In this document: positions 36,900-51,600 of the stretch, in pieces
Layout: every line of letters begins with the position of its first letter
Numbering within the stretch: position 1 is the stretch's first letter
Assembly (NCBI GenBank): GCA_040954595.2
Contig: CM082586.2
Location: 9,517,337 to 9,581,336 of the forward strand
DNA from: Balanoglossus misakiensis
Taxonomy: Eukaryota; Animalia; Hemichordata
Reading direction: 5' to 3'
DNA: 64,000 bases
Notes under the pieces: model-generated
What the model was told of the DNA's origin: nothing
What the model saw: the letters and a program-made list of their open reading frames with translations, nothing else
Databases searched by the model: none
Program-made: the position numbers and the translations under genes

Positions 36900-37590
36900 A
36901 GTTAAGCGCTGGTGATAGTTTTGGCTATTCTGTTCTCTCACTTTGGCTGTTCTGTTCTCTGTTTTTGTCTGATCTCGGACACATTAGCTGAAAACTACTG
37001 GTCAGATTTCTTTGAAAATTGGTATGCATATATCTTCTGCCAACATCACAGAGCTCTATAAGTTTTGACCTTATATCGTGAATTTTCTACTTTTTATGAC
37101 TTTTGTCATTTTTTCCACATCTTCTATGAAAGTGATTGGTCGATTTCTCTAAAAAAAATTCAGTATAATTATAAAGCTTCCTATAGGTGATCTTTGTTTT
37201 TTTTTTCAAATTGTTGCTAAGTTTGCGTATTTGTAATTATGGGCCAAATTTTGCAATTTTTGGTCAAAATTCGTTTTCTCGGAAATCGCTTGTCAGATTG
37301 CTTTGAAAATTGGTAGGCATGTTTTCAGGGTTAAGCAATTGTGAGTTGTGTTAAATTTTTGCTGAAATGTGCATATTTATGTTCTTGAGGTAGGGCCTAA
37401 CTGTTGCAATTTTTCGTCAGAAGTTTTTGTCCTTGAAACCACTTGTTAGATTGCTTTGAACTTCGGTAAGCATGTTCCTTATACTGATTGATGTAAGATA
37501 TTGTACAATTATGGTGATGTTTGAATATTTGAGTTTGGCAGTTTTGGGACAGTTTTTTGAAATTAGGTCATATCAGCTCGTGTGGTATTA
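36900..37590 (+). repeat. Interspersed element with internal degenerate ~100-130 bp repeats (Helentron/HINE-like); relative at ~40720-41190
   Basis: Recurrent motif GAAA(C/A)CACT(T/G)GTCAGATTGCTTTGAAA(A/T)TTGGTA(G/T)GCATGTT. Confidence 0.5.
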
Positions 37591-38694
37591 GGTCAATAAC
37601 AACAAATTAAGTCCAAACGTTGGCCACGCTTCCTACTTTAATATAGCACAAGTATGAAAAAACGACCAGTTTGTGTTACGTTACCTGCTTTCATTGAGAG
37701 CAGCGCCCGCAAGTGAGTTTTTTAGAAAATTTGATCAAATTCATGATGAATCGAATTGAATCGACGTTTATTCCAGCTGGGAGCACTTTATAGACTACAA
37801 AGTTGTTTTGTTAGATGGGTAAAATTTAAGACCACTCGACCAATGCAGAGCGAAGTTGTCAAAATCGACGAAACAAAGCGAGAAAATGGCAATTTGCGCT
37901 GTCGACATATTTCTTCTCCTGCCTCGAATTATCAATCCCATGGAACCCCCCCCCCCGGCGCGCCCGAAAAAAATATATATCAATCAGGGATCATCATAAA
38001 ACTCGACTATGAATCGGACATGAAATCAAACTCGACGATGGAAAAGCAGCCGATTCCGAGATAAACGCATCCCGATAGGATGAGAACTCCGCCATGTGAC
38101 TTCATCTAATTTCTCTGCAAACATGGAGGGGTTGTACGTTGGTAATGTGTTTACAAAGCAAAGTTAAGACATAAGTCCGAACATGACCGTGGTCCGAAGC
38201 TTGGAAACTCTTATCAAACAGAGCAGTACAGTGTGTGGAGACATCGCCCGTAAGACACACCACCGGCCCTGCCACACTGAGCTGCAATATGCTCTTGGCT
38301 CGTAGCCGTCCCAGTCGGTAACAAGTCGTTACGGCACTTATTCTTATCGGTTCGGCCTTTAATGTACGCGACCCCGGCCGTTTCGTCCTAGCTGCAAACC
38401 GATTCTTCAATTTGCAGTTCAGTAAAGTTGGCGAACGGGATAGTCTGTTAACGGAAAACGCAGGCCTATACACAGTGCTGGCGAACGGGACAAAAGGCCA
38501 CAATAAAAGCGAGCGTGTTGTCAGATCAGTGGGACTATCATAACACGAATACATAACATGTGGAAGGGCTAGGCCTAATTTTCTCCTGAGAAAGTTCAAT
38601 TCGTGTTTTGTCGATGTGAAATTGTGTTTATTTAATGCTTTTTGTAATAACATTTATGACTTTCATTTATGGTGCGATTATAATATCCGGAATA

Positions 38695-39070
38695 TCATCG
38701 TATGTCACAACAATGCACTTCGAAGACTTCTTGGTCACCCGGACACGAAAGTGCCTCTAAAAAATTTGTTCTAAACGCCGTAAACTGCTTCTCCGTCATG
38801 AGAAGAAAAGTCGCTTTTAATTTTTCTGTTCGTCTCTGTACTAGTCCCAATGTTTTGATCAATCGTCTTGTCTCATGAGATATGCGCTTTTATGGACTAC
38901 ATACCCACTGGATTGACATTTTACATTGATTCTTAAAACTATTATATTTTTTACATTTATTTTATTTATTACTTTTCTAGTGTTTTTGTCAGTTTTTGTA
39001 ACCTATTTCTATGGACGGTTGTGTCTGAAATAAAGATAAATAATAATCATAATAATAATAAAATAATAAT
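38695..39070 (+). mobile_element. 3' end of a non-LTR retrotransposon with (TAA)n tail
   Basis: Translates VCHNNALRRLLGHP/ESASKKFVLNAVNCFSVMRRKVAFNFSVRLCTSPNVLI, a LINE ORF2 C-terminal pattern, followed by AATAAA and TAA repeats. Confidence 0.6.
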
Positions 39071-41587
39071 TACGATCCCGAGATTACGATAAGCATAGGG
39101 ACATTATAACGAGCCAACGTGAAACTGACATGGAAACGATCGACAGTACGGTAGAGCACAGTGACTGCTGGTAGAGCGAGCGTGTTGCTGTGCGGGAGGC
39201 ATTTACCATGTTTGTTTACAACACACACCGACATGACCTGTGGCCGCAGTTGCAGCCTCCTAAGCGACCTAACCCAAGCAGTTTACGATCTCGGGTATCG
39301 TGGTCTGACTGACCAAAATGACACAGAAAGAGAAACACATTAGGAAGTATTATAGCTCTGTTTCCTCGAAGTCGAATAAGTGTTCACAACACAAGGCACA
39401 TCAAACCCGTTGCTCAGACATCGGAAGTTTGCAGTTCGCTTGCCTGGTTTGAAATGCGTGGCTGTGGTAGAAATTACCCACTGTGCCCCCCCCCCCCCCG
39501 ATTTTATTGTGTAGACAATGAGGCACTCACACTCAAAAAGCAAATGAGATATTCTTTCGAATGCGAGCATGTTCCAGAGCGTTCTAAAGAAATAAAATAT
39601 GCAGCTGTAGCATGTATGCATATTCATTAGTGTGTCGTAATGCTAACTTTGGTCTGTGATTGGGTAACACGTTCTACTCACCATAACAACAGGTGATCAT
39701 TGATCCGTTTCCGGTGTGCGACGCCGGGTTTCGACCACTTTCCTTCTACTTGCCGCGGGATCAAGACGTCTTTTCGGTAGGCTCATAATCGAATCATTGC
39801 TTTTAGTACAATAGCCTATTTAGCTATGTTACCGTCACTCGATTGTTTTGTCTGGTATTGGGTGACTTGCAGCTATCCGTACAACACCTTGTAGTTGAAC
39901 AGAAGTAGGTTTAATTCCAGAAACAATTCCGAGCTACGGGCGTGCAGCTAGCCTGTCGGCTATTCTGGGTATGGCTGCGCTGGCTCCCGAATCAGGAGAC
40001 CAGGAAGTCATAATCGAGAAAGTCTAGTCATATTTATAGGGTTATATTTTGTGAGAATTTTATTGCTAGGCCTCTTGCCTAAGCGCACGTAGGGCCAGTT
40101 TGTGAGATTGAAAAGGATGGCAGCGCTGCAGGATGTTTAGTGTCAAAATAGTCGACCATACTGTCGAACGGTTGTGGCAAAATGGCACGTCACTGTGGCG
40201 ACATAAGGTACGGGCAGAACGTTTTTCTCTGGAAAGTCTCTTTGCTGGTGGACGGAACGATAGTTCCATACGTATAGTCTTTGTTTAGCGGAAGGTCAGG
40301 AAACCACGGTATTTTTCCATACATAATTCCATACGTTCTTTGAGGTTTTTATATGAGTCACCTCAGTGTTTGCAGGTGTTTTTTTTTAATTTTACGGTTT
40401 AAACGTGGTTGGTGTATTTTCGCTTTTCTGGTGAGATTTCCACCTCTCCGTTGGCATACTTAAAAAATTATCCTAATTTTTATTGGGAAAACCGATAAAA
40501 CCAAAACCACAACTAAAGAAAATGTCTTAAACATTTTAACTTAGGCATTGTAATCTGTTTGGTGATAACCCTTTTAGCTTTGAGAGTAACCGATTTGATG
40601 TTTTAGTATAAGCCAATTTTTTGACCAGGGCGACAAGGATTTTTTCTCCTAGAGTCGTGTTGCTTGGAAGCATACTTTTGTATGTGTGGTCCCAGTTGAT
40701 GAAAACCTGGTTGATGAAAAATGTGCATATTTATAATTTTGTAGCAATTTTTGCCATTTTTGGTCAAAAATTGTTTCCTCTAAAACCGCTTGTGAGATTG
40801 CTTTCAAATTTGGTAGGCTTGTTCCTTGGGGATAATTAAATGAGATGTTTAAAAAAATACTTGAAATTTACATATTTGCGTTTTGTGTGTGAAAGTTGTG
40901 GAATTTTTCATCAAAAATTATTTTCTTTCAAACTGCATGTCAGATCGCCTTGAGCTTTGGTAGGCATGTTCCCTGAAGCGATTGAAGTAAGATATTATAC
41001 AATTTTGGAGAAAATACTGATTTTTCTGAAACTGCATATGGGATTGCTTTGAAATTTGATAGGAATATTCCAATGGGTAACCCAAGTTTTGTCTGATTGT
41101 GCTGATTACCCTATACTGAGACTCACTAAGTACACTATATGTATATATTACTAGGGAGTTCAGAATCCAATATGGCCACCATTCAAAGTGGGACATGCTG
41201 TATAATCTGATTGATTTCTAAACTTGTCATATTTTAATTTCTCGGTCTTGCAAATAAAAATAAAATGCCAAAAACTGAGTAACTTTCGTTTCTTCCCGCT
41301 TGTTAACGTCATATGTTGGTGTTGTCCATTACAACGATTATCATCTAAGCGTCCCGAAACACTGATAAGAACTCCAATATAATTAGCCAGAGTAAACTGA
41401 GATTTTTATGCTGAAGTCGGCATATGGTCTTTTTCCTCCTACTGGGAAAGTGGCTAGAGTCAATCAGTGCATAATGGCAGCATTACATGGCACTGAATAA
41501 ATGGCAGGGGTATTTACATCTCTGTATTTTTTTCACTTAAACCATTATAAATCTCTAACAGTATATTATAATATTGTGTATGCAACT

Positions 41588-44500
41588 TGGAGATGCGTTT
41601 TACTTCAGAGTTGGAAGTATTTTTTAGTAAAGTCTGGGAAGTGACATGTCTTCAAAGTGATTGATGTTATCTGCTAAGAGCTGAATGCCCATGGATGTTC
41701 TTTCCTAGATTTTACATTTTCTTAGCATTTCATAGACCTGTGTATAATTATAATTTCAGTTATATATTCTAATTTGAGTTTAGGAAGGGTATGCATGGAA
41801 TTAAAGTAATTATTCTGTAATTACCCAACCAAATATGTTGTCTAACTAATGGATATTTTGATTGTCAATTTGCACAGGCAACATTATTGAAGTAGCATTA
41901 AGAGTAGTTGATAATATAGCAGAGCTTCTAACTGGAAAGAAGAGCTTAGTAAATTTATCAGCTCATAATATTCCTTTAACCAATGAACTTTATATGAACT
42001 TGCACACCTGCGTTAAAGATACAGGGATTAATGTTCAGGAAACCTTACCAGCTCTAGTAAATTTATTTGAGCCAGAAATTGAATTACCAAAAAAAAATCA
42101 GTAATTTCATAAAGACACAGTCAGAAAAGAAACAGAGAAAGCCAGCAAGGAAGGGAGAAAAGTGGAATACATGAACGACACAGTTTGCTTAAAATACGTG
42201 TGTGTGCTGTAAAAACTGTATGGTGCAACGGCGTCAATTTTTATGATTTATAAGCAGCCAGTCTTTCCATGCATATCATACCAAAATTTAATATGAAATT
42301 CTTGTTAATGTTAATAGTCTACAAGGATAGTACAGGTAACATGTTGAAATTAAACTATCAAACTTTCTCCACTTTTGATATCCGCTCGACACAGGCAAGC
42401 AAAAGGGCCGATCTGAGACTATGACTTGAATGATGGCAATTTTTGCTGTCCAGAGGTAACTGTATAGCATTTATTTGGTAGTAATATCAGCTTTATGATT
42501 GCTAAAAATACATCAGAATTTAAATATTTCCACTTACTACAGTGATTGAACTGATTTTCAGCAAATTGCAGTGTATAAACAAATATTGCCATCTAATGAA
42601 ATGTCAACCCAATTAAGGCCGCCTATTTGCAATGGTAAAATGCTAGGTTTACCATATTTGAGCGCCTGGGAATTTGAATTATAATCCAGATATCAAAAAC
42701 TTAAGTCACTATCTGTATCTGCACATATATTGTAATATAATCTGAAAATTTCGTGAAAATTAGATCAAACATGATCGAGACACAGAAGATAAAACATTGC
42801 AAATTTTCATATTTTACCATGGTGCCATGCAAAAAATAGAGAGATTTTTTTTACAAGTTTAGATGATCTCCTGTAAAACTGAAAGAAGTAATCTTCTGTG
42901 AATCTTGCATTTTTATGTTGGAACCATGCAAACCACTTTGGCCCCTGCAATGCAGCATGTTGCTTTAATTGTCTTCTTCATGGTTGCCATATTGGATTTT
43001 TTGGAGATGCGTTTCACTTCAGAGTTTGAAGTTTTTTTAGTAAAGTCTGGGAAGTGACATGTCTTCAAAGTGACTGATGTTATCTGCTAAGAGCTGAATG
43101 CCCATGGGTGTTCTTTCCTAGATTTTACATTTTCTTAGCATTTCATAGACCTGTTTATAATTATAATTTCAGTTATATATTCTAATTTGAGTTTAGGTAG
43201 AGTATGCATGGAATTAAAGTAATTATTCTGTAATTACCCAACCAAATATGTTGTCTAACTAATGGATATTTTGATTGTCAATTTGCACAGGCAACATTAT
43301 TGAAGTAGCATTGAGAGTAGTTGATAATATAGCAGAGCTTCTAACTGGAAAGAAGAGCTTAGTAAATTTATCAGCTCATAATATTCCTTTAACCAATGAA
43401 CTTTATATGAACTTGCACACCTGCGTTAAAGATACAGGGATTAATGTTCAGGAAACCTTACCAGCTCTAGTACATTTATTTGAGCCAGAAGTTGAATTAC
43501 CAAAAAAAAAATCAGTAATTTCATAAAGACACAGTCAGAAAAGAAATAGACAAAGCCAGCAAGGAAGGGAGAAAAGTGGAATACATGAAAGACACAGTGT
43601 GCTTAAAATACATGTGTGTGCAGTAAAAACTGTATGGTGCAACGGCGTCCATTTTCATGATTTATAGCCAGCCAGTCTTTCCATGCATATCATACCAAAA
43701 TGTAATATGAAATTCTTGTTAATGTTAATAGTCTACAAGGATAGTACAGGTAACATGTAGAAATTAAACTATCCAACTTTCTCCACTTTTGATATCCACT
43801 CGACACAGGCAAGCAAAAGGGCCGATCTGAGACTTTGACTTGAATGATGGCAATTTTTGCTGTTCAGAAGTAACTGTATAAAATGTTTTTGGTAGTAATA
43901 TCAGCTTTATGATTGCTAAAATACACAAGACTTTAAATGTTTCCACTTACTACAGTGATTGAACTGATTTTCAGCAAATTGCAGTGTATAAAAAAATATT
44001 GCCATCTAATGAAATGTCAACCCAATATGGCCGCCCATTTGCAATGGTAAAATGCTAGGTTTACCATATTTGAGCGCCTAGGAATTTAAATTATAATCCA
44101 GATATCAAAAACTTAAGTCACTATCTATATCTGCACATATATCGTATTATAATATACCTCATGCTAATACTGTGCCGTGATTCGCCAGAATCCGTCACGT
44201 GATAGGAAAATAGAATCGACTATGAACCGTTAGGGAAATAGCAGAAAAAATATAAACCGGTCACATGACAAACGTGGTCACGTCAATCAGCGTCGCGTCT
44301 GACACAATGGCCACCGCTGAAGATGTCGTCTGCCAACCTCAAGAGAAAATTGCATGATTTTCCAAACTGTCAGCATGAGGTTTATTATAAAACACCTATA
44401 GCCTGGCCTATATTCGGGCCATAGCAGCCGTTTTTACCCCCACGTGGCTGTGAGTTACCAGAATCATACGCTATTTCCCTCGGCCTGCGGCCTCGGGAAA

Positions 44501-47500
44501 TAGCATATGATTCTGGTAACTCACAACCCCTCCGGTGTAATAAACGGCCGCTATGGCCCTCATGGCCAGGCAATAGGTGTTCAATATAATCTGGAAATTT
44601 CGTGAAAATTAGATAAAACATGATTGAGACACGGAACATCAAACATTGCAAATTTTCATATCTTACCATGGTGCCATGAAAAAATAGAGAGATTTTTTTA
44701 CAAGTTTAGATGATCTCCTGTAAAACTGAAAGAAGTAATCTTCTGTGAATCTTGCATTTTTATGTTGGAACCATGTTAACCGCTTTGGTCCCTCAAATGC
44801 TGCTTTTAGTAAATGTTTTAATTGTCTTCTTCATGGTGGCCATATTGGATTTTCGGATAACCTTTAAAAGTTGACATTTTTTTTCAAAAACTACAGGGCC
44901 AATCAAGTTCTAATTTACTGTGCGGTTCAATGTTTGACAATAATATCATTAGTGGTCATGTGGCTTTGGATTTTTGAAAAAATATCATTAAAAAATTTCA
45001 AAAATCTTTTTCTAATCAAGTTTTCAAGTAAATTGTGATTGGGTAAACCTTATTGAAGCCAAATTGGATTTTCTGATCTCCAATAAAAGACTAAAATTTC
45101 CTATTTCTAGCTTGCTCATTGAAACCACACAAATTCTTTTTATGGATATGAGTCACCATATGACCAGAATATATCAAAATTATTAGACTACTTTCACATG
45201 TTCTTTGATCAAGTTTTTACAGAACTTGATTAAACAATGTGTTTGCGACTCTCGCATGTCCTTTGATCCAGTAATTCCAGAACTTATTTTATGTGGATAT
45301 GCCTCTTGTTAAAAACCACCACAGTCATAATTTTGTTCACATGAGTACGACTGCTGCCAGGACATAACCCAAATCTTTTGATAATTTTGGCAATGACCTT
45401 TGCTGCCAGGACATAACCCAAATCTTTTGATAATTTTGGCAATGACCTTTGATCTACTATCCCATGCCTTGGAATAAACAGCAAATACAGTCTTCAAATT
45501 TTTTTTGGCTGGAACACCTAATGAAGTATTAAACTTTTACACAATAATTATGTACATAAGCTATTTCAAGTGAACCAAAAGAGCTTAGAAGTCTGTTTTC
45601 TGTTGGACACAGCTCAGTTTGATATCAAAATTTGTTGGCCAAAATTTGCGTGACCTCTGGCTTACTTACCATTTCTCAGCATCCATAACAGATAAATACT
45701 TTGCTTTCTGTTTGAACCATGCTAACCGCTTTGGTCCCTCCAATGCTGCTTTTAGTTTTAATTGTCTTCTTCATGGCGGCCATATTGGATTTTCGTATAA
45801 CCTTTAAAAATTGACATCTTATAAAACAACTACAAGGCAAATCAAGTTCTAATTTACTGTGCGGTTCAATGACAATAATAAAACTTGAATAAACAATTTG
45901 TTTGCGACTCTCGCATGTCCTTTGATCCAGTAATTCCAGAACTTATTTTATGTGGATATGCCCTTTGATCCAGTAATTCCAGAACTTATTTTATGTGGAT
46001 ATGCCTCTTGTTAAAAGCACAACAGTTATGATTTTGTTCACATGAGTACTGCTGCTGCCAGGAAATAACCAAAATATTTTGCTAATTATGGCAATGACCT
46101 TTGATCTACTTTTCCATAAGTTGGCATGCACAGCAGATACAGTCTTCAAATTTGGAGGACTGAAACAACTAATGAAGTATTAAACTTTAACACAATAATT
46201 TTGTACATAAGCTATTTCAAGTAAACAAATGGAGCTTACAAGTCTGGTTTTTGTTGGACACTGATCAGTTTAAGATCAAAAATTTGTGTCACAATTTTGC
46301 GTGACCTCTGGCTTACTTTACCATTTCTTGGCATCCACAACAAAACAGCCTTTGCTTTCTGTTGGAACCATGCTAACCGCTTGGGCCTGTCCCATTTCTT
46401 CTTAATGGTGGCCATATTGGATATTCTGATAACCCTTAAAAATTGACATCTTTTCAACAACTACAAGGCAAATCAAGTTCTAATTTACTGTGCGGTTCAA
46501 TGTTTGACAACAATATCATTAGTGGTCATGTCACTTTGGTTGCCATATTGGATTTTTGAAAAATCTCATGAAAAATTTCACAAATCTTTTTCTAATCAAG
46601 TTTTCAAGTAAATTGTGATTGGGTAAACCTTATTGAGCCAAATTGGATTTTCTGATCTCCGATAAAAGACTAATATTTCCTATTTCTAGCCTGCTCATTA
46701 AAACCACACAAATTCTTTTTATGGATATGAGTCACCATATGACCAGAATATATCACAATTATTAGACTACTTTCACATGTTCTTTGATCAAGTATTTACA
46801 AAACTTGATTGAACAACTTGTTTGCGACTCTCGCATGTCCTTTGATCCAGTTATTCCAGAACTTATTTTATGTGGATATGCCTCTTGTTAAAAAGCACAG
46901 CAGTCATGATTTTGTTCACACGAGTACTACTGCTGCCAGGACAAAACCCAAATCTTTTGATAATTTTGGCAATGACCTTTGATCTACTATCCCATGCCTT
47001 GGAATGTACAGCAGATACAGCCTTCAAATTTGGTGGACTGGAACACCTAATGAAGTATTAAACTTTAACACAATAATTATGTACATAAGCTATTTCAAGT
47101 TAACCAATAGAGCTTAGAAGTCTGGTTTTTTGTTGGACACTGATCAGTTTGATATCAAATTTTGTTAGCACAATTTTGCATGACCTCTGGCTTACTTTAC
47201 CATTTCTTGGCATCCACAACAGAAACAGCCTTTGCTTTCTTTTGGAACCATGCTTACCACTTTGGTCCCTCCAATGCAGCATGTTGCTTTAATTGTCTTC
47301 TTCATGGTTGCCATATTGGATTTTTTGGAGATGCGTTTAACGTCAGAGTTGGAAGTATTTTTAGTAAAATCTGGGAAGTGACATGTCTTCAAAGTGACTG
47401 ATGTTATCTGCTAAGAGCTGAATGCCCATGGGTGTTCTTTCCTAGATTTTACATTTTCTTAGCATTTTATAGACCTGTGTATAACTATAATTTTAGTTAT

Positions 47501-48680
47501 ATATTCTAATTTGAGTTTAGGTAGAGTATGCATGGAATTATAGTTATTATTCTGTAATTACCCAACCAAATATGTTGTCTAACTAATGGATATTTTGATT
47601 GTCAATTTGCACAGGCAACATTATTGAAGTAGCATTGAGAGTAGTTGTTAATATAGCAGAGCTTCTAACTGGAAAGAAGAGCTTAGTAAATTTATCAGCT
47701 CATAATATTCCTTTAACCAATGAACTTTATATGAACTTGCACACCTGCGTTAAAGATACAGGGATTAATTTTCAGGAAACCTTACCAGCTCTAGTACAAT
47801 TTTTTGAGCCAGAAATTGAATTACCCCCCCCAAAAAAAAAAAAAATAAAAAAAAAAAAAAAAAAATAGTAATTTTATAAAGACACAGTCAGAAAAAAAAA
47901 CAGAGAAAGCCAGCAAGGAAGGGAGAAAAGTGGAATACATGAAAGGCACAGTTTGCTTAAAATACGTGTGTATGCAGTAAAACTGTATGGTGCAACGGCG
48001 TCCATTTTTATGATTTATAGCCAGCCAGTCTTTCCATGCATATCATACCAGAATTTAATATGAAATTCTTGTTAATGTTAATAGTCTACAAGGATAGTAC
48101 CGGTAACATGTAGAAATTAAACTATCCAACTTTCTCCACTTTTGATATCTGCTCGACACAGGCAAGCAAAAGGGCCGATCTGAGACTTTGACTTGAATGA
48201 TGGCAATTTTTGCTGTCCAGAAGCAACTGTATAACATTTTTTTGATAGTAATATCAGCTTTATGATTGCTAAAATACACAAGAATTTAAATATTTCCACT
48301 TACTACAGTGATTAAACTGATTTTCAGCAAATTGCAATGTATAAACAAATATTGCCATCTAATGAAATGTCAACCCAATATGGCCGCCCATTTGCAATGG
48401 TAAAATGCTAGGTTTACCATATTTGAGCGCCTGGGAATTTAAATTATAATCCAGATATCAAAAACATAAGTCACTATCTGTATCTGCACATATATTGTAA
48501 TATAATCTGAAAATTTCGTGAAAATTAGATCAAACATGATTTAGACACGGAACATCAAACATTGCAAATTTTCATATTTTACCATGGTGCCATGCAAAAA
48601 ATAGAGAGATTTTTTTTACAAGTTTAGATGATCTCCTGTAAAACTGAAAGAAGTAATCTTCTGTGAATCTTACATTTTTA
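41588..48680 (+). repeat. Three copies of a ~1.35-1.4 kb unit (~41588, ~43003, ~47327) interleaved with 890-bp-family units
   Basis: The track ORF MSICTGNIIEVALR... recurs at 41862, 43275 (+1413) and 47599. Confidence 0.9.
44151..44585. mobile_element. Hairpin non-autonomous element (Crypton-like) inserted in one 1.4-kb unit
   Basis: ACCTCATGCT...AGCATGAGGT pair, then a ~190-bp palindrome (44391-44581) centred on CCTCGGCCTGCGGCCTCGGG. Absent at the equivalent sites ~42735 and ~48500. Confidence 0.75.
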
Positions 48681-51600
48681 TATAATTTGGTAAAATTCTT
48701 TGAAAAATGGTGAAGATACTTGAGAATCTCAGTATTATTTGATGCGTTTGTACGCTGAAATCCGGTGAACCGATTTTGATAATTTTCTTTGTTATAACCT
48801 ACTAAGATGTATAAACATTTTTATCAGAAAAATAAACGGCAATCTTGGAGTAAATTTTTAACTGATCTTCCTTATATAATTTTAATGGTCCAGCTGTTAC
48901 AGGGACCACCAGCTATTTTATTATAAACTGGTGGTAGGTCAGTGAATGCCTCTGTCTGATTGGACTAATTAATTTGTCATACTCGCATGTATTTTTACAG
49001 ACAGTTTTTGGACAAAAATCAGTTGTTGTTTTTTTAGTGTAGCTTGTAAGATTGCTGTGACACATAACACTTTATTTGGCATAGTTAATTTTTTTATGTT
49101 TCCATAGTATTTAAATATTAATGCCATATATGCTTGCCAATGTCGCCCCTGAATTTAATTCTGGTGAATACCTAATTTCTGAGTAATCCCCAAAGGGCAC
49201 CACAGTGTCCTTTACATTATTTTATAAGAAGTAAATTATACATAGATATGCATCTTGTTAAAAAGCCCAACAGTCATGATTTTGTTCACATGAGTACTAC
49301 TGCTGCCAGGACATAACCCAAATCTTTTGATAATTTTGGCAATGACCTTTGATCTACTATCCCATGCCTTGGCATGTACAGCAGATACAGCCTTCAAATT
49401 TGGTGTTCTTATTGACTGTGCGGTTCAATGTTTGACAATAATATCATTAGTGGTCATGTGGCTTTGGATTTTTGAAAAATATCATAAAAAAAATTCAAAA
49501 AATCTATTTCTAATCAAGTTTTCAAGTAAATTGTGATTGGGTAAACCTTATTGGAGCCAAATTGGATTTTCTGATCTCCGATAAAAGACTAAAATTTCCT
49601 ATTTCTAGCGTGCTCCTTGAAACCACACAAATTCTTTTTATGGATATGAGTCACCATAGGACCAGAATATATCAAAATTATTAGACTACTTTCAGATGTT
49701 CTTTGATCAAATTTTTACAAAACTTGATTGAACAACTTGTTTGCGACTCTCGCATGTCCTTTGATCCAGTAATTCCAGAACTTATTTTATGTGGATATGC
49801 CTCTTGTTAAAAAGCACATCTGTCATGATTTTGTTCACATGAGTACTACTGCTGCCAGGACATAACCCAAATCTTTTAGATAATTTTGGCAATGACCTTT
49901 GATCTACTATCCCATGCCTTGGCATGTACAGCAGATACAGCCTTCAAATTTGGTGGACTGGAACACCTTATGAAGAATGAAACTTTAACACAATAATTAT
50001 GTACATAAGCTATTTCAAGTTAACCAATAGAGCTTAGAAGTCTGTTTTCTGTTGGACACAGCTCAGTTTGATATCAAAATTTGTTGGCCCAAATTTGCGT
50101 GACCTCTGGCTTACTTACAATTTCTCAGCATCAATAACAGAAACAGCCTTTGCTTTCTGTTGGAACCATGCTAACCACTTTGGTCCCTCCAATGCTGCTT
50201 TTAGTTGTAATTGTCTTGTTCATGGCGGCCATATTGGATTTTCGGTTAACCTTTAAAAGGTGACATTTTTTTCAAAAACTACAGGGCCAATCAAGTTCAA
50301 ATTGACTGTGCGGTTCAATGTTTGACAATAATATCGTTAGTGGTCATGTGGCTTTGGATTTTTGAAAAATAGAATAAAAAAATTTCAAAACATTTATTTC
50401 TAATCAAGTTTTCAAGTAAAATGTGATTGGGTAAACCTTATTGGAGCCAAATTGGATTTTCTGATCTCCGATAAAAGACTAAAATTTCCTATTTCTAGCG
50501 TGCTCATTGAAACCACACAAATTCTTTTTATGGATATGAGTCACCATAGGACCAGAATATATCAAAATTATTAGACTACTTTCAGATGTTCTTTGATCAA
50601 ATTTTTACAAAACTTGATTGAACAACTTGTTTGCGACTCTCGCATGTCCTTTGATCCAGTAATTCCAGAACTTATTTTATGTGGATATGCCTCTTGTTAA
50701 AAAGCACATCTGTCATGATTTTGTTCACATGAGTACTACTGCTGCCAGGACATAACCCAAATCTTTTAGATAATTTTGGCAATGACCTTTGATCTACTAT
50801 CCCATGCCTTGGCATGTACAGCAGATACAGCCTTCAAATTTGGTGGACTGGAACACCTTATGAAGAATTAAACTTTAACACAATAATTATGTACATAAGC
50901 TATTTCAAGTTAACCAATAGAGCTTAGAAGTCTGTTTTCTGTTGGACACAGCTCAGTTTGATATCAAAATTTGTTGGCCCAAATTTGCGTGACCTCTGGC
51001 TTACTTACAATTTCTCAGCATCAATAACAGATACAGCCTTTGCTTTCTGTTGGAACCATGCTAACCACTTTGGTCCCTCCAATGCTGCTTTTAGTTGTAA
51101 TTGTCTTGTTCATGGCGGCCATATTGGATTTTCGGTTAACCTTTAAAAGGTGACATTTTTTTCAAAAACTACAGGGCCAATCAAGTTCAAATTGACTGTG
51201 CGGTTCAATGTTTGACAATAATATCGTTAGTGGTCATGTGGCTTTGGATTTTTGAAAAATAGAATAAAAAAATTTCAAAACATTTATTTCTAATCAAGTT
51301 TTCAAGTAAAATGTGATTGGGTAAACCTTATTGGAGCCAAATTGGATTTTCTGAGATCCGATAAAAGACTAAAATTTCCTATTTCTAGCGTGCTCATTGA
51401 AACCACACAAATTCTTTTTATGGATACGAGTCACCATAGGACCAGAATATATCATAATTATTAGACTACTTCCACATGTTCTTTGATCCAGTAATTCCAG
51501 AACTTATTTTATGTGGATATGCCTCTTGTTAAAAAGCACAACAGTCATGATTTTGTTCACATGAGTACTACTGCTGCCAGGACATAACCCAAATCTTTTG

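Noticed and set aside
38102-38653. 183-aa minus-strand ORF as a gene
   Set aside because: No recognisable motif or splice structure; plausible by chance in GC-richer sequence.
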